Positions 26,440-36,324 of a stretch of DNA of 64,000 nucleotides are shown one piece after another (position 1 is the stretch's first letter; each line of letters opens with the position of its first letter). Source of the stretch: Bacteroidota bacterium (lineage in GTDB: Bacteria > Bacteroidota > Ignavibacteria > Kapaibacteriales > UBA2268); assembly GCA_048267165.1 (NCBI GenBank), contig JBLWYD010000001.1, positions 128,073 to 192,072 of the forward strand. Direction: 5' to 3'. The position numbers and the translations under genes were made by a program. The notes below the pieces were generated by a model, which had not been told where the DNA came from, did no database searches, and worked only from the letters and a program-made list of their open reading frames with translations.

Positions 26440-26986
26440 CATAACTCCAATCATAATATCTTAATGTATCAAATATCATTTCCATATCACTTGATATTTT
26501 AGGTATAGAGAATGCTTCTGTAAAATTAAAACCTACTTTGGATCCACCTCTAATGGTTATTTCAAGCACATATATACATTGATTTAATTTCGAATTTTTA
26601 AATATTCTCCTTTTGAACAATGGGCTACCTCCAATTGGACCGAACTCAAATAATATTAAATCTCTATTGGAAAAATCCACATCAATATAATTAGTATCGT
26701 TTTTGCACGCCCATTCCGAATGTTCCATTAAAGCTTTTGACTCATCATACAAATTTTTATATTCAGCATCAGTCCTAATTACTTTACCCATTTTATACAA
26801 ATCATACCAGATACAAGGTATCTCCAATGTATCAATATCGGTTATCTCCACCCAGTTTGGGTCACTTTCTAGTTCTTCTAATGTGTATTTTTTATCTAGG
26901 TTTTCCTTGACTTCGTTTTTAGTAGGAGTGTTTTCATCGCATCCTAAGAAAGTTAGTAGAGTTAGTACTAGTATTATTTTTTTCAT
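26432..26986 (-). CDS. lipoprotein, cassette paralog A
   Basis: MKKIILVLTLLTFLGC|DEN. Full-length paralog of the 25882 ORF. Confidence 0.8.
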   Translation of the reverse strand: MKKIILVLTLLTFLGCDENTPTKNEVKENLDKKYTLEELESDPNWVEITDIDTLEIPCIWYDLYKMGKVIRTDAEYKNLYDESKALMEHSEWACKNDTNYIDVDFSNRDLILFEFGPIGGSPLFKRRIFKNSKLNQCIYVLEITIRGGSKVGFNFTEAFSIPKISSDMEMIFDTLRYYDWSYDE

Positions 26987-27004
26987 TCTATGTTACCTTT
27001 GAAT

Positions 27005-28345
27005 TTACTCTTTAACAAATCGCTTATAAATTTTATCATTAATCCTGATAAAGTATGTCCCTGTGTATAAATAATCGATGTTTAAACTCTGTTCCATTCG
27101 TGGTGCAATATACTGATTTGATAATACTCTCTTACCGTTTAGATCTAGTATTTCAATGGAATTAATTAGTTTGTCATAGCTGATATTTATCTCTTCTTTC
27201 GCTGGGTTGGGGTAGATGCTGAGGTTTGAGATTACAGATTCAACGGATGATTCTATATCCAGTTTAATTCGAAATATTTTTTTAGTATTCTGTATATTTC
27301 CTTCTGAATCTGTATATTTTACATTAGCTTGCCCATATCCATAATTGTCTATATATGCAAAACCGTCCGAATTACTACTATTATAGAATTCATCTTCTTC
27401 ATCATACAAATCTATCCAAGTATTCCCACCGTCAAGCGAATAAATGAAAATCTGTTTACCATATCCAAAAATTATATTTTCATAAATCTGAAATGATTTG
27501 ATCCATTTACCACCACTTATAGTATCAGATATAAATACAGACTCCCATTTTTCAAAGTCTATTGTTCTCATTATTCTTGTATGCCCATCTTTGTCTGCTT
27601 TGTAACTATTATCAGTAAAAGCATAAGGGGCTTGGTAAATCATATTCTCATATTGTTGATTTACAAATTCTGATTTTTCGAATAATTCAGATTCAAATTC
27701 CTCCCAATTACCTCCTCCATTCTGTGTTCTAAAGAATCTAAAAATGCCTTGCAAACTTGTAATTATTACTATATTATTCTCATCCATTGGAACAAAGTTT
27801 AAAAATGAAAACCCAGGAGGAAACACATCATTAGCAATTGGTAATGGATTCCAAGTTTTCCCGCCGTCTGTGGTTTTAGTAAGTATATGATCATAAATAT
27901 GTCCTAGAAAACCAATTTTCTCGTTTACAAATTTTATATGATGGATTGCGTGATTGTCTTTTTCTCCGAAAAAAGTAAAATCCCAAGTCTCACCTCCATC
28001 GAATGAGTGATATAATCGCCCATTATCAGCAGGAGCAAATAAATTATTATTATGATTTAAAAGCTTGTAAAAATTCGTTGTAGCACCGATATTATTTATT
28101 GGTGCATAGACACAAGAATCCCAATTCATTCCATAATCTTTGGATTTTATTATAGAATATTGCCCACCTCTAAATATGGAGTAAATTGTGTTATTTAAAA
28201 CAGTCGTGTTAAATAGTATAAATTCACTAGATTTATTATTTGGTCGAGGAATAGTTGTTTTATTATCGATTAACTCCCACTTCTCGGCTGTGGCTGTACT
28301 CGCTAGTATCACGAAAGTTAGTATTATGTAGATTGCTTTTTTCAT
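27005..28345 (-). CDS. BNR/Asp-box (Ycf48/sialidase-like beta-propeller) protein with T9SS C-terminal sorting domain
   Basis: Repeats DYGMNW, DGGETW, DGGKTW, NGGGNW and DGGNTW. C-terminus SIYPNPAKEEINISY...GTYFIRINDKIYKRFVKE. The ATG at 28345 gives a signal peptide. Confidence 0.85.
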   Translation of the reverse strand: MKKAIYIILTFVILASTATAEKWELIDNKTTIPRPNNKSSEFILFNTTVLNNTIYSIFRGGQYSIIKSKDYGMNWDSCVYAPINNIGATTNFYKLLNHNNNLFAPADNGRLYHSFDGGETWDFTFFGEKDNHAIHHIKFVNEKIGFLGHIYDHILTKTTDGGKTWNPLPIANDVFPPGFSFLNFVPMDENNIVIITSLQGIFRFFRTQNGGGNWEEFESELFEKSEFVNQQYENMIYQAPYAFTDNSYKADKDGHTRIMRTIDFEKWESVFISDTISGGKWIKSFQIYENIIFGYGKQIFIYSLDGGNTWIDLYDEEDEFYNSSNSDGFAYIDNYGYGQANVKYTDSEGNIQNTKKIFRIKLDIESSVESVISNLSIYPNPAKEEINISYDKLINSIEILDLNGKRVLSNQYIAPRMEQSLNIDYLYTGTYFIRINDKIYKRFVKE

Positions 28346-28605
28346 AGTTTCCTCAGATTGTTGTTTATACCTTTTTTTGATATACAATTAACTCGTAAAA
28401 TGGTTGCACAGAAATGATAGATTTTTTTTAAATATCTCCCACCTCTTTTCATTGTATTTCAAAAGACATAATACACAAATAACACACCATCATAAAGAAA
28501 GTTACACAACTATCGTATAATTTACAAATCTATCCTTTTGCTCGTAATTGCTAACTATTGGTTAAATTGCTTTTTTTGATATCAACATCCTAAAATCTAC
28601 TTATT

Positions 28606-30294
28606 TTGAATATTAAATCATATATAGAAAAACATCCATTTTCAATAGTCATTGTCTTTTTCGTTTTTTTATACATCTGGCAGCCATTTTTCGCTGGAAT
28701 GTATTCTGATGATTGGGTTTTTCTTATTAGCTATTTCGCCGAGCATACTGATATTTCTGCACCTTTCTCGCTCGAAAGGTTGACCCACTTTATGACTGTA
28801 TATGCCAATAGACCTATGTCGGGTGTAATGTTCTATCTTGTTAACTCTATTTGTGGTCATAATATCGCATTAGTACATACATTTATGCTCAGCTGGATTG
28901 TCACGGCTTTGTACGCCTACTACCTATTTGCTCGTGAGTTTTTAGCATTCCTCTCTATCAAAAAAGCGAGTCTAGTTGCTGCTATTACGACTCTTATTTG
29001 GATTGTCTCTCCCTGGACTTTGGGGGTTACGGCTTGGTTTTCTAGCTCTGTTAATCTTATCTCGTTTGTATTCTTTTCGTTGTCATTATACTACCTTTTT
29101 CGGGGATTGCGAATCGGTAAACACAACTATCTGAAAGTAGGAATATTCTACCTACTTTCGGTGTTAACTTATGAAAGCTTTTTCTTCCAGTATTTCATCT
29201 TCATAGCAATAGCTTGGCTGTTTATCAAGGAAAAAGTTATTGACAAAAAAGTACTCGTAAAGCATAGCTCAATTCTCTCCGTGATAGTATCTTTGACCGT
29301 AGTTTGGAACCGATTAGCTCCGACTATTTTCGACGCAGTTATTAATAAAGTGATTAACCCTTATTTCTTACAAACACTGGTTGTCAATATATTCTCTTTC
29401 CCTTATTTGCTAATAGCTAGTTTCGGGGTGTTTGAACTATTGGCTTTAGCGATATTTGTACCGACTATTATCTATTTTGTAATAAAGCTGAAGAAAAATG
29501 CAGGTGGCTTAATACCACTATTCCGCACCAAAAGATTTGCAATTATTCTACTATTAACTTCGGGTATCTTCGCAGGATTTTTCTTGTATTCAGCCGCCGG
29601 CTATACTATGTGGGGCTTGGGTTCTAGGAGTCGTACTATGTTCGTAGCATCTTTCTATTTACCTTTAATTATAGTAATAATAGCCCAGCGAATTAGCGAA
29701 TTAAATAATATTAGCAAAGCCAATAAAAAAGGGATTGCAATTGCTTTATTCGCACTTTCATTTGCAGCATTACTCGTGAATAAATTAGATTGGGTGGAGG
29801 CAGAAAAAATGCAAAAAGACGTAATTGAGAAATTCCCCACTGAACAAGTTGCCGATTTAGATTCTAACGATATGGTATTGGTGGTCGCACCTTTCCGCCA
29901 CAAACGGATATCACAATTTGATGCACCGTGGTCAATTAATAATCAGATGCAATATGGTAAATCATTCTATAGAGGCGGTGAGTTAGCCCGAACAACTGAT
30001 GCTAAATTTGCGGTTGGCAGAGGCATTGTCCACCCAGTTAGTGGCAAGCATTACCAGATATATTGGGATGGCGCATTGCTTTATCAGGGCTATGATCTAG
30101 ACATAGAAGCAAAGGGCATAGACAAGAATTTCTTTTATAATAGGGCAGAGAGCTTCACTGCTAAACGGCTTTATATATGGAATTACTATGAGGGTACTTT
30201 CCAACAGATAACTGACCCAAAATTATTCGAATATGAACCATATTACAACTATGACTATTGGGTAACTTGGGTTTATCACAATTGGGTACAATAA
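28606..30294 (+). CDS. polytopic membrane protein, GT-C-like glycosyltransferase candidate
   Basis: At least 10 TM helices, an acidic first-loop motif (GMYSDDWVF), a C-terminal soluble domain, TTG start. Confidence 0.7.
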   Translation: MNIKSYIEKHPFSIVIVFFVFLYIWQPFFAGMYSDDWVFLISYFAEHTDISAPFSLERLTHFMTVYANRPMSGVMFYLVNSICGHNIALVHTFMLSWIVTALYAYYLFAREFLAFLSIKKASLVAAITTLIWIVSPWTLGVTAWFSSSVNLISFVFFSLSLYYLFRGLRIGKHNYLKVGIFYLLSVLTYESFFFQYFIFIAIAWLFIKEKVIDKKVLVKHSSILSVIVSLTVVWNRLAPTIFDAVINKVINPYFLQTLVVNIFSFPYLLIASFGVFELLALAIFVPTIIYFVIKLKKNAGGLIPLFRTKRFAIILLLTSGIFAGFFLYSAAGYTMWGLGSRSRTMFVASFYLPLIIVIIAQRISELNNISKANKKGIAIALFALSFAALLVNKLDWVEAEKMQKDVIEKFPTEQVADLDSNDMVLVVAPFRHKRISQFDAPWSINNQMQYGKSFYRGGELARTTDAKFAVGRGIVHPVSGKHYQIYWDGALLYQGYDLDIEAKGIDKNFFYNRAESFTAKRLYIWNYYEGTFQQITDPKLFEYEPYYNYDYWVTWVYHNWVQ

Positions 30295-30307
30295 ATCGGG
30301 TAATACT

Positions 30308-30670
30308 ATGCTAGAAGTAAAAAAACTAAACGAAATATTCAATCAAATTAATGAGTACTGGCAACCTCATATAGTCGGCGAACTCAACGGTCAACACGTT
30401 AAGGCGGCGAAGTTTAAGGGTCAATTCCCAATGCACAAGCACGACGATGAGGACGAGATGTTCTTAGTCATTAATGGGGCAATACAGATTGAGTTTTCAG
30501 ATTATACAAAAACGGTTGGAGAGGGCGAGTTCATAGTAATCCCAAAAGGAATTACTCATAGTCCAATAGCCGCCGAAGAAGCTCACGTCTTATTATTCGA
30601 GCCAATTAGTACGCTCAACACTGGCGATACGGTAAGCGAATACACACACCGTGATTTGAAGAAGCTGTAG
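30308..30670 (+). CDS. cupin domain protein
   Basis: Cupin motifs HKHDDEDEMFLVINGAIQIEF and GEFIVIPKGITHSP. Confidence 0.85.
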   Translation: MLEVKKLNEIFNQINEYWQPHIVGELNGQHVKAAKFKGQFPMHKHDDEDEMFLVINGAIQIEFSDYTKTVGEGEFIVIPKGITHSPIAAEEAHVLLFEPISTLNTGDTVSEYTHRDLKKL

Positions 30671-30704
30671 AGTTTATGCTCCATACGGACTTGAAGGGTA
30701 TTTA

Positions 30705-30774
30705 AACTCCGTTAGGAGTTCAATATTAGTAGCATAGAGTTAATTGAGGATCTAATACAACTCCGTTAGGAGTT
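30705..30774. repeat. duplicated 20-bp hairpin element AACTCCGTTAGGAGTT(C/G)AAT
   Basis: Copies at 30705-30724 and 30759-30778. Each contains a 6-bp stem AACTCC/GGAGTT with a GTTA loop. Confidence 0.8.
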
Positions 30775-31216
30775 GAATGAGTATGAGACTATTCTTTTAT
30801 CGTTAGAATTAATTATTAGTATTTTCTCTGAATCAAGATTTACATAATTTAACACAGATTGTCGGTTTACCAAAAAGTATTGCAATTAGTTTTTTCTGCC
30901 TAGACTCTTCACTCCATTTCATTTCGTTCTGAGTGACGATAAGTTTGAAGGCTCATCTGCCAAACAAGCCGAAGGTATGGTCAAAGGGGGTAGTTGGATT
31001 TATTCTTAAAATTATAACATCTATATTTTTTACTACGCACTCATTATGTTTGTTTTAACACAAAGACCACAGAGTTTTACCGTTTGCTTTTGCCAATGGA
31101 ATAATTAATATTAATGAACACCCAGTCAGACACACTGCGTGCATCTACCACTCATGCCTTTGGCTTGAAAAGCCCTTTTTCGCTACACTTAAAGAGGGGA
31201 ATTTTTTAGCTTTTAA

Positions 31217-32731
31217 TTACTCGACAACTACGAATTTCTTCGAATAGCTCTTATCACCCAAAGTGATACGAATTAGGTAAGTACCGGCAGCTTTTTTGCC
31301 GAGATTTAACTCGTATTTTTGCTTATTGTGTAGTCCCTGATATAAGGTAGATAGCGCATTACCAGATAGGTCAATTAATTCTATAGACATTTGCTCACCT
31401 ATTGCGGCATCTAACTCTAAGCTGATTTTTCCATCTTTTGTGGGGTTGGGGTATAAGACTATTGGACTTTTCTCTTCGGCTGTTTCTACACTTGTTAATC
31501 GCTCTTTGAAGAAAACTTCGTTTGCCAATAATTCAGCTTCTATTTTCTTTCTTGTGCCTTCGTCCATGTTCGGATAACCACCATTCGGAGAAGTCATATT
31601 TATCTGAATAACAAAACTAGCTGATTGATTAGCCGGCAATACAAATGGTATTGTAGGCATAAAGAATCTTTGATCTGTTTTTTTTATTAAATTCTCGCTC
31701 CATGAAATAAATGAACTCCAATATTCTAGATAATCATATGCGTTTGGCAATTGTCTATATCCAAGAACTTTTAACTCACGACTAAATTCATTATTATAGT
31801 CTATCAGAATCCCTTGAGCAAGAGGTGTTTGTAACCATTTGAAACTAATGTATCCAAATTCTTCACCCTCTTCATATTCTTCCATCTCTGTTGCGAAGGA
31901 GACATAAGAACTATCTTCAGGAAACAGAATTATATCATTATCAATACCTGTGAAGGCATTAGTATACTTAGTAATATCTATATCGAAAACAGGTGCAAAC
32001 GATAGACTTTTGATATCATTTGCTGTATTATTTGTAATCACCCAATTGATAAAAACTACATTCTTTTGTTCTTCATTATCATAACTATATACTCTTGTTT
32101 CTGCCTCAATACCTGCCTCTCGTATTATATTATTATATATTACCGAAATTGGATTGACATTCGTATCTGTATCTTTGTAAATTGCTACTATATCTTCATC
32201 AGACTTGAATAATGGTTTGCTAAGTGTACTAGTTCTATCTGATTCGTCAACTTTATAATCGCCATAGAAAGAGCCAAGGTAACCCTCGTCAGTCCATATA
32301 GGCCATTTGGGGCCAGTGCCGCCCGACTGTTCTACACCAGAATACTTATCATAATTAGTAGAGCTATATACTCTGTATTTACTTGCCATACTAGAATCTA
32401 ATAAAATACCGTCTGATATTGAGCCCGGAACAAACCAACTAACTGCATACATAAAATTGTAAGAGTATTCCGGTAAATGAGATGTTTCTCCAGCTGCCAT
32501 TTGCTCACGAAGTAATATAAACCCACCACCATATAAGTACTGTGCGTTAGAGCCACGAGGCCAGATGAAACCTGATTTCTTAGTTACTAGGTCGTGACCA
32601 ACTATGCCGTTATTGGTCACAGTTAGCTCTATATTGCCTTTGGTTGATTTGATTGAATGGATTGTTGGAACTTGGGGAAAAACAGCAGAGAGTGCCGTTA
32701 TAAATGCTAATAGGTATATCGTAGCTTTCAT
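31217..32731 (-). CDS. secreted protein with T9SS C-terminal sorting domain
   Basis: The ATG at 32731 gives the signal peptide MKATIYLLAFITALSAVFPQ. C-terminus LYPNPTKDGKISLEL...AGTYLIRITLGDKSYSKKFVVVE. The start shares 1 nt with the queE stop (TAATG). Confidence 0.85.
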   Translation of the reverse strand: MKATIYLLAFITALSAVFPQVPTIHSIKSTKGNIELTVTNNGIVGHDLVTKKSGFIWPRGSNAQYLYGGGFILLREQMAAGETSHLPEYSYNFMYAVSWFVPGSISDGILLDSSMASKYRVYSSTNYDKYSGVEQSGGTGPKWPIWTDEGYLGSFYGDYKVDESDRTSTLSKPLFKSDEDIVAIYKDTDTNVNPISVIYNNIIREAGIEAETRVYSYDNEEQKNVVFINWVITNNTANDIKSLSFAPVFDIDITKYTNAFTGIDNDIILFPEDSSYVSFATEMEEYEEGEEFGYISFKWLQTPLAQGILIDYNNEFSRELKVLGYRQLPNAYDYLEYWSSFISWSENLIKKTDQRFFMPTIPFVLPANQSASFVIQINMTSPNGGYPNMDEGTRKKIEAELLANEVFFKERLTSVETAEEKSPIVLYPNPTKDGKISLELDAAIGEQMSIELIDLSGNALSTLYQGLHNKQKYELNLGKKAAGTYLIRITLGDKSYSKKFVVVE

Positions 32732-33399
32732 TACACTCCTCGTGTATTTGGTTCCCATATAAATTTGTGCATCTGCATTTGCATTCTTACTGGCAGATGA
32801 TCTTCTAATATCCAATTCGCTATTTCTATCGGCTCTATCTCACCGAAAACAGGAGAGAATAAAACTTCTCTTACTCTGTTGAATAGATAATATTCACGAC
32901 ATTTATCTACTGCCCAATCGTAGTCGGCTCTATCTTTGATTACGAACTTAACTTCGTCTTTTTCATCTAGCTTGGCTATATTATTATAGTCATTCTTCTT
33001 GTGCATAGCCGAACCGGGGCACTTTAGGTCGAATATTTTCACAGCTTCTTTCGGTACTTTCCCTATGTCTTGTTGCCCATTAGTCTCTATTACTACGTCT
33101 AGTCCACGGCTGAGAGCTACTTCGACTAGTGCACCTATTTCCTTTTGTTCTAGCGGTTCCCCACCAGTTAGCATTAGAAACTTACAATTGTGGCTTTCTA
33201 CTTCTGCGAGTATTTCGTCTATACTCATTAGCTTTTCAGTCTGGTTTCGCTCTAGTGCATACGGCGTATCGCACCAACTGCAACGTAGCAAACAACCTTG
33301 CATACGAACAAATACGCAGGGCTTACCGCTGCGGCTGCCCTCACCTTGTATTGAGTAAAATATCTCATTTACGTTGTACTGTATTTCGTCTTTGTTCAT
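32731..33399 (-). CDS. queE: 7-carboxy-7-deazaguanine synthase (radical SAM)
   Basis: IFYSIQGEGSRSGKPCVFVRMQGCLLRCSWCDTPYA and the LTGGEPL block. Confidence 0.9.
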   Translation of the reverse strand: MNKDEIQYNVNEIFYSIQGEGSRSGKPCVFVRMQGCLLRCSWCDTPYALERNQTEKLMSIDEILAEVESHNCKFLMLTGGEPLEQKEIGALVEVALSRGLDVVIETNGQQDIGKVPKEAVKIFDLKCPGSAMHKKNDYNNIAKLDEKDEVKFVIKDRADYDWAVDKCREYYLFNRVREVLFSPVFGEIEPIEIANWILEDHLPVRMQMQMHKFIWEPNTRGV

Positions 33400-33429
33400 A
33401 CTAATAACACTTTAACAATTATAAAGTTA

Positions 33430-34839
33430 CTAAATTCTTTCTAATACTGCAATAGATTCTATATGATATGTCTGCGGAAACATATCAACTGGAAGTATGC
33501 TTACGACTTTGTATTTTTCACCGAGCAGCTGACAATCCCTAGCTTGAGTAGATGGGTTACAGCTAACATATACTATTTTCGGCGCGTTGACAGTAAGCAA
33601 ATGTTCCACCAAATTAGTGTGCATACCAGCACGTGGCGGATCTACGAATATAATATCTGGTTTCGGTAATCTATCCAATAATTCGGGAGTATCTTTTGCG
33701 TGCAAATCTGCAACTTGGAATGTTGTGTTGCTTATATTGTTCATTTCCGCATTCACTTTCGCATCAGAGATAGATGATTCTACTAACTCTACTCCATGCA
33801 TTTCCTTTACTCGTTTAGCCGCTGGTAGGGCTATAGAACCAGTACCGCAGTATAAATCCCATGCTACCATATTCTCATCCAAATCAACAGCATCTATTAT
33901 TTTCTGTATGAAATTATTGAGCTGTAATCTATTAGTTTGGAAGAAAGAGAATGGGGAAACCTTGAAGTCAACTCCAAGTATATTATCCATCAGGTATTCT
34001 TTGCCAATGATTAATCTTTTTGATTCAATATTCACAGGCGATGGCCCAGAGTTAATAGCGTGAATGAAGTTAATATTAGCATCTACTTTTTCAGCTAATA
34101 GATTAGCTAATTCATCTACTTTCGCATCATGTTCTTCGTCAGTTGCGTTCGTAGTTAGCACTATTATTATATCATCATTCGAGCCGCTATGCCTGATAAT
34201 CAGCTCTCTCAAATAGCCAGTTTTCTCTCTCTTGTCGAATGCAGAAATCTCATTTTCTAAAGCAAAAGTACGTACTATATCTAGTATTTGGTTACCATTT
34301 TTAGGTTGTATGTGACATTCTTTTATGTCCAATACCTTTTCAAAAGCACCGGGAGTATGCAGTCCAAGAGCGAAATCCTTATCTTCAATTTCTTTATCTT
34401 CTACCATTTCTTTTCTTGACACCCAGCGCTTAGCACTGAATGTGAAATCCATCTTATTACGATAGTTGAACTCATTGGGACAAGGCACAACATCAAGTAT
34501 AGTCGTTTCTATTTTACCAATTCTCTGGAAAGCATCTATTACGTGTTGCTTTTTCCATTTTAGCTGATTAGTGTAGTCCATATTTTGCCAGCTGCAACCA
34601 CCGCAATCATCGAAGTATTCGCAGCGCGGGTCTATTCGCTCGTGTCCGGGTTCTATCAGCTTTACGAATCCAGCTTCATTGTAGCTCTTACGCTTTTTGC
34701 GGACGTATGCCTCTACCACATCGCCGGGGACTACTTTCTTTATGAAGTGTACTTTATCATTTAGGCGAGCTATTGCTTTACCTTCAAAACCTATTGATTC
34801 GATATTAAGTATTATATTCTGTTTGAATTGTTTTTTCAT
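33430..34839 (-). CDS. rlmD: 23S rRNA (uracil-C5)-methyltransferase, RlmD/RumA family
   Basis: N-terminal TRAM domain, Fe-S Cys cluster CEYFDDCGGCSWQ, SAM motifs DLYCGTGSI and FVDPPRAG, catalytic VYVSCNP. Confidence 0.9.
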   Translation of the reverse strand: MKKQFKQNIILNIESIGFEGKAIARLNDKVHFIKKVVPGDVVEAYVRKKRKSYNEAGFVKLIEPGHERIDPRCEYFDDCGGCSWQNMDYTNQLKWKKQHVIDAFQRIGKIETTILDVVPCPNEFNYRNKMDFTFSAKRWVSRKEMVEDKEIEDKDFALGLHTPGAFEKVLDIKECHIQPKNGNQILDIVRTFALENEISAFDKREKTGYLRELIIRHSGSNDDIIIVLTTNATDEEHDAKVDELANLLAEKVDANINFIHAINSGPSPVNIESKRLIIGKEYLMDNILGVDFKVSPFSFFQTNRLQLNNFIQKIIDAVDLDENMVAWDLYCGTGSIALPAAKRVKEMHGVELVESSISDAKVNAEMNNISNTTFQVADLHAKDTPELLDRLPKPDIIFVDPPRAGMHTNLVEHLLTVNAPKIVYVSCNPSTQARDCQLLGEKYKVVSILPVDMFPQTYHIESIAVLERI

Positions 34840-34916
34840 TGCGTTTCTAAATAAAACAAGCACTAATCAATAATAGATTAATGCTTAGGGTTGTTATAAT
34901 TTCTAATTTATGTAGC

Positions 34917-35201
34917 TCAATTTAGCGATAGCTCAGGCAACTTGTGCTTAGAGTTATTGTAGAACATCATACCTTCTAGTCTGAAAGTCATATATTTGAA
35001 CATAGGGAATTGCTCAGTAATCGCTCTTACTTCTTCTTTGCTACCAGCTACAGCCACTACCCATAAGCAAGTGCGGTCGTCTGACAACCCATAGCTAAGT
35101 ATTACGCCTTTATCCATCATATCCACTACGAAATCCCTCTGAGCAGCTACTAGAGTGTAGAACTCAGTTGGTGGGTCCGCTGGCATTTTAATCTCTATCA
35201 T
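34917..35201 (-). CDS. small alpha+beta protein, muconolactone-isomerase-like (weak assignment)
   Basis: MIEIKMPADPP...FPMFKYMTFRLEGM resembles the MIase-family pattern M.F.V.M...LPLFPYM.I.V.PL. Confidence 0.5.
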   Translation of the reverse strand: MIEIKMPADPPTEFYTLVAAQRDFVVDMMDKGVILSYGLSDDRTCLWVVAVAGSKEEVRAITEQFPMFKYMTFRLEGMMFYNNSKHKLPELSLN

Positions 35202-35247
35202 AAAATGCTTTAATATATTAAAATTCTTTGCATCCATATTCTTATAC

Positions 35248-36324
35248 CTATGCTGGTAAATTTCTTTTTATTGCTTCGTATAGTGCATCGGCAGATATAT
35301 GCTCAATGCAGCTATATTCGTCATTCTTACATTTGGGGCTGAAATAGCAATGACACGCTTTTGTTGGTTCTACTATTTCGCCTCTTCCATATAGTTCAAA
35401 CTCATTAGAGTTAAATATATTGTTTACTAGTATTATTGGCTTTTTAAGCCCGATAGCGAGGTGCGATGCCATAGTGACAACACTTACTACCAAATCGCAC
35501 TTATTAATCAATGAGATGAACTTTTCGAGCGAAAAATGACCTAAGTATGCAGCTTTGGTTGCGTCTGCTAAGTACTCATTCCTATGATTTTCCTGTGAGC
35601 CACCTAATAAAAGTGGGTAATACCCCTTCTTCTGTAATTTCTTAATAAGCTCTATCCATGTACTATCAGGTATCAGACGGCTAGTCCATCTATCTCCGCA
35701 GCCAGTATTAAGGCCTATTATCTTCTTGCCATCATTAGCTATTCGCCAATAGTGATCGACTACATCTATTAAGTATTCTTCTTTTTCGAATTTCCAACCG
35801 CATATCTCGAATATCTCTTCTGGGTACGATTTTGTATTCGCTTTACTCACTTCATCGAATAAGCCTGTCAAATATTTCGGAACTGCTCTGTCATCTATAG
35901 GAGCAGGTTTTCCATCTACTAGAGTATAACCGATTTTCTCTTTCGCTGTTATTGCTTTAGTCAAAGCACAAGCTTCGTAATCCTTATCTAAGTTAATTAC
36001 AACATCAAACTCGGTATTCTGCAATTGGATTATAGATTTATGATCTAGCTTTAATATTCTATCTACAGTTCTTGGCACTATATCTGGGAACTCTGTTACC
36101 CACCATATTTCCTTATCGCTGTGTTCAACCCATAATTTATGCAGAAGAGGAGTTGTACGAATTACATCGCCAATAGCACCTAGTTTTACTACTAGTACTT
36201 TTCCCGTCTTTTTTTCGTAATAATCGCAATTATTACAAACTACGCCATGTTGTTTATTCGGCTTGCAAGGTATGTGACCCAAGAAATGCTTGCAGTCACT
36301 ATGAAAAATTAGTTTTTCTGTCAT
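35248..36324 (-). CDS. glycosyltransferase family 9 (heptosyltransferase-like) with Cys-rich termini
   Basis: VLVVKLGAIGDVIRTTPLLHKL is the GT9 N-terminal signature. Extra Cys clusters: CKHFLGHIPC...CNNC at the N-terminus and CHCYFSPKCKNDEYSC at the C-terminus. Confidence 0.85.
   Translation of the reverse strand: MTEKLIFHSDCKHFLGHIPCKPNKQHGVVCNNCDYYEKKTGKVLVVKLGAIGDVIRTTPLLHKLWVEHSDKEIWWVTEFPDIVPRTVDRILKLDHKSIIQLQNTEFDVVINLDKDYEACALTKAITAKEKIGYTLVDGKPAPIDDRAVPKYLTGLFDEVSKANTKSYPEEIFEICGWKFEKEEYLIDVVDHYWRIANDGKKIIGLNTGCGDRWTSRLIPDSTWIELIKKLQKKGYYPLLLGGSQENHRNEYLADATKAAYLGHFSLEKFISLINKCDLVVSVVTMASHLAIGLKKPIILVNNIFNSNEFELYGRGEIVEPTKACHCYFSPKCKNDEYSCIEHISADALYEAIKRNLPA

Noticed and set aside
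30671-31216. tRNA/tmRNA or rRNA fragment in the long non-coding region
   Set aside because: I could not fold any cloverleaf (no GTTCxAxxC T-arm with a matching acceptor stem) and saw no rRNA-like conserved blocks. The region is left as an unassigned ncRNA/repeat candidate.
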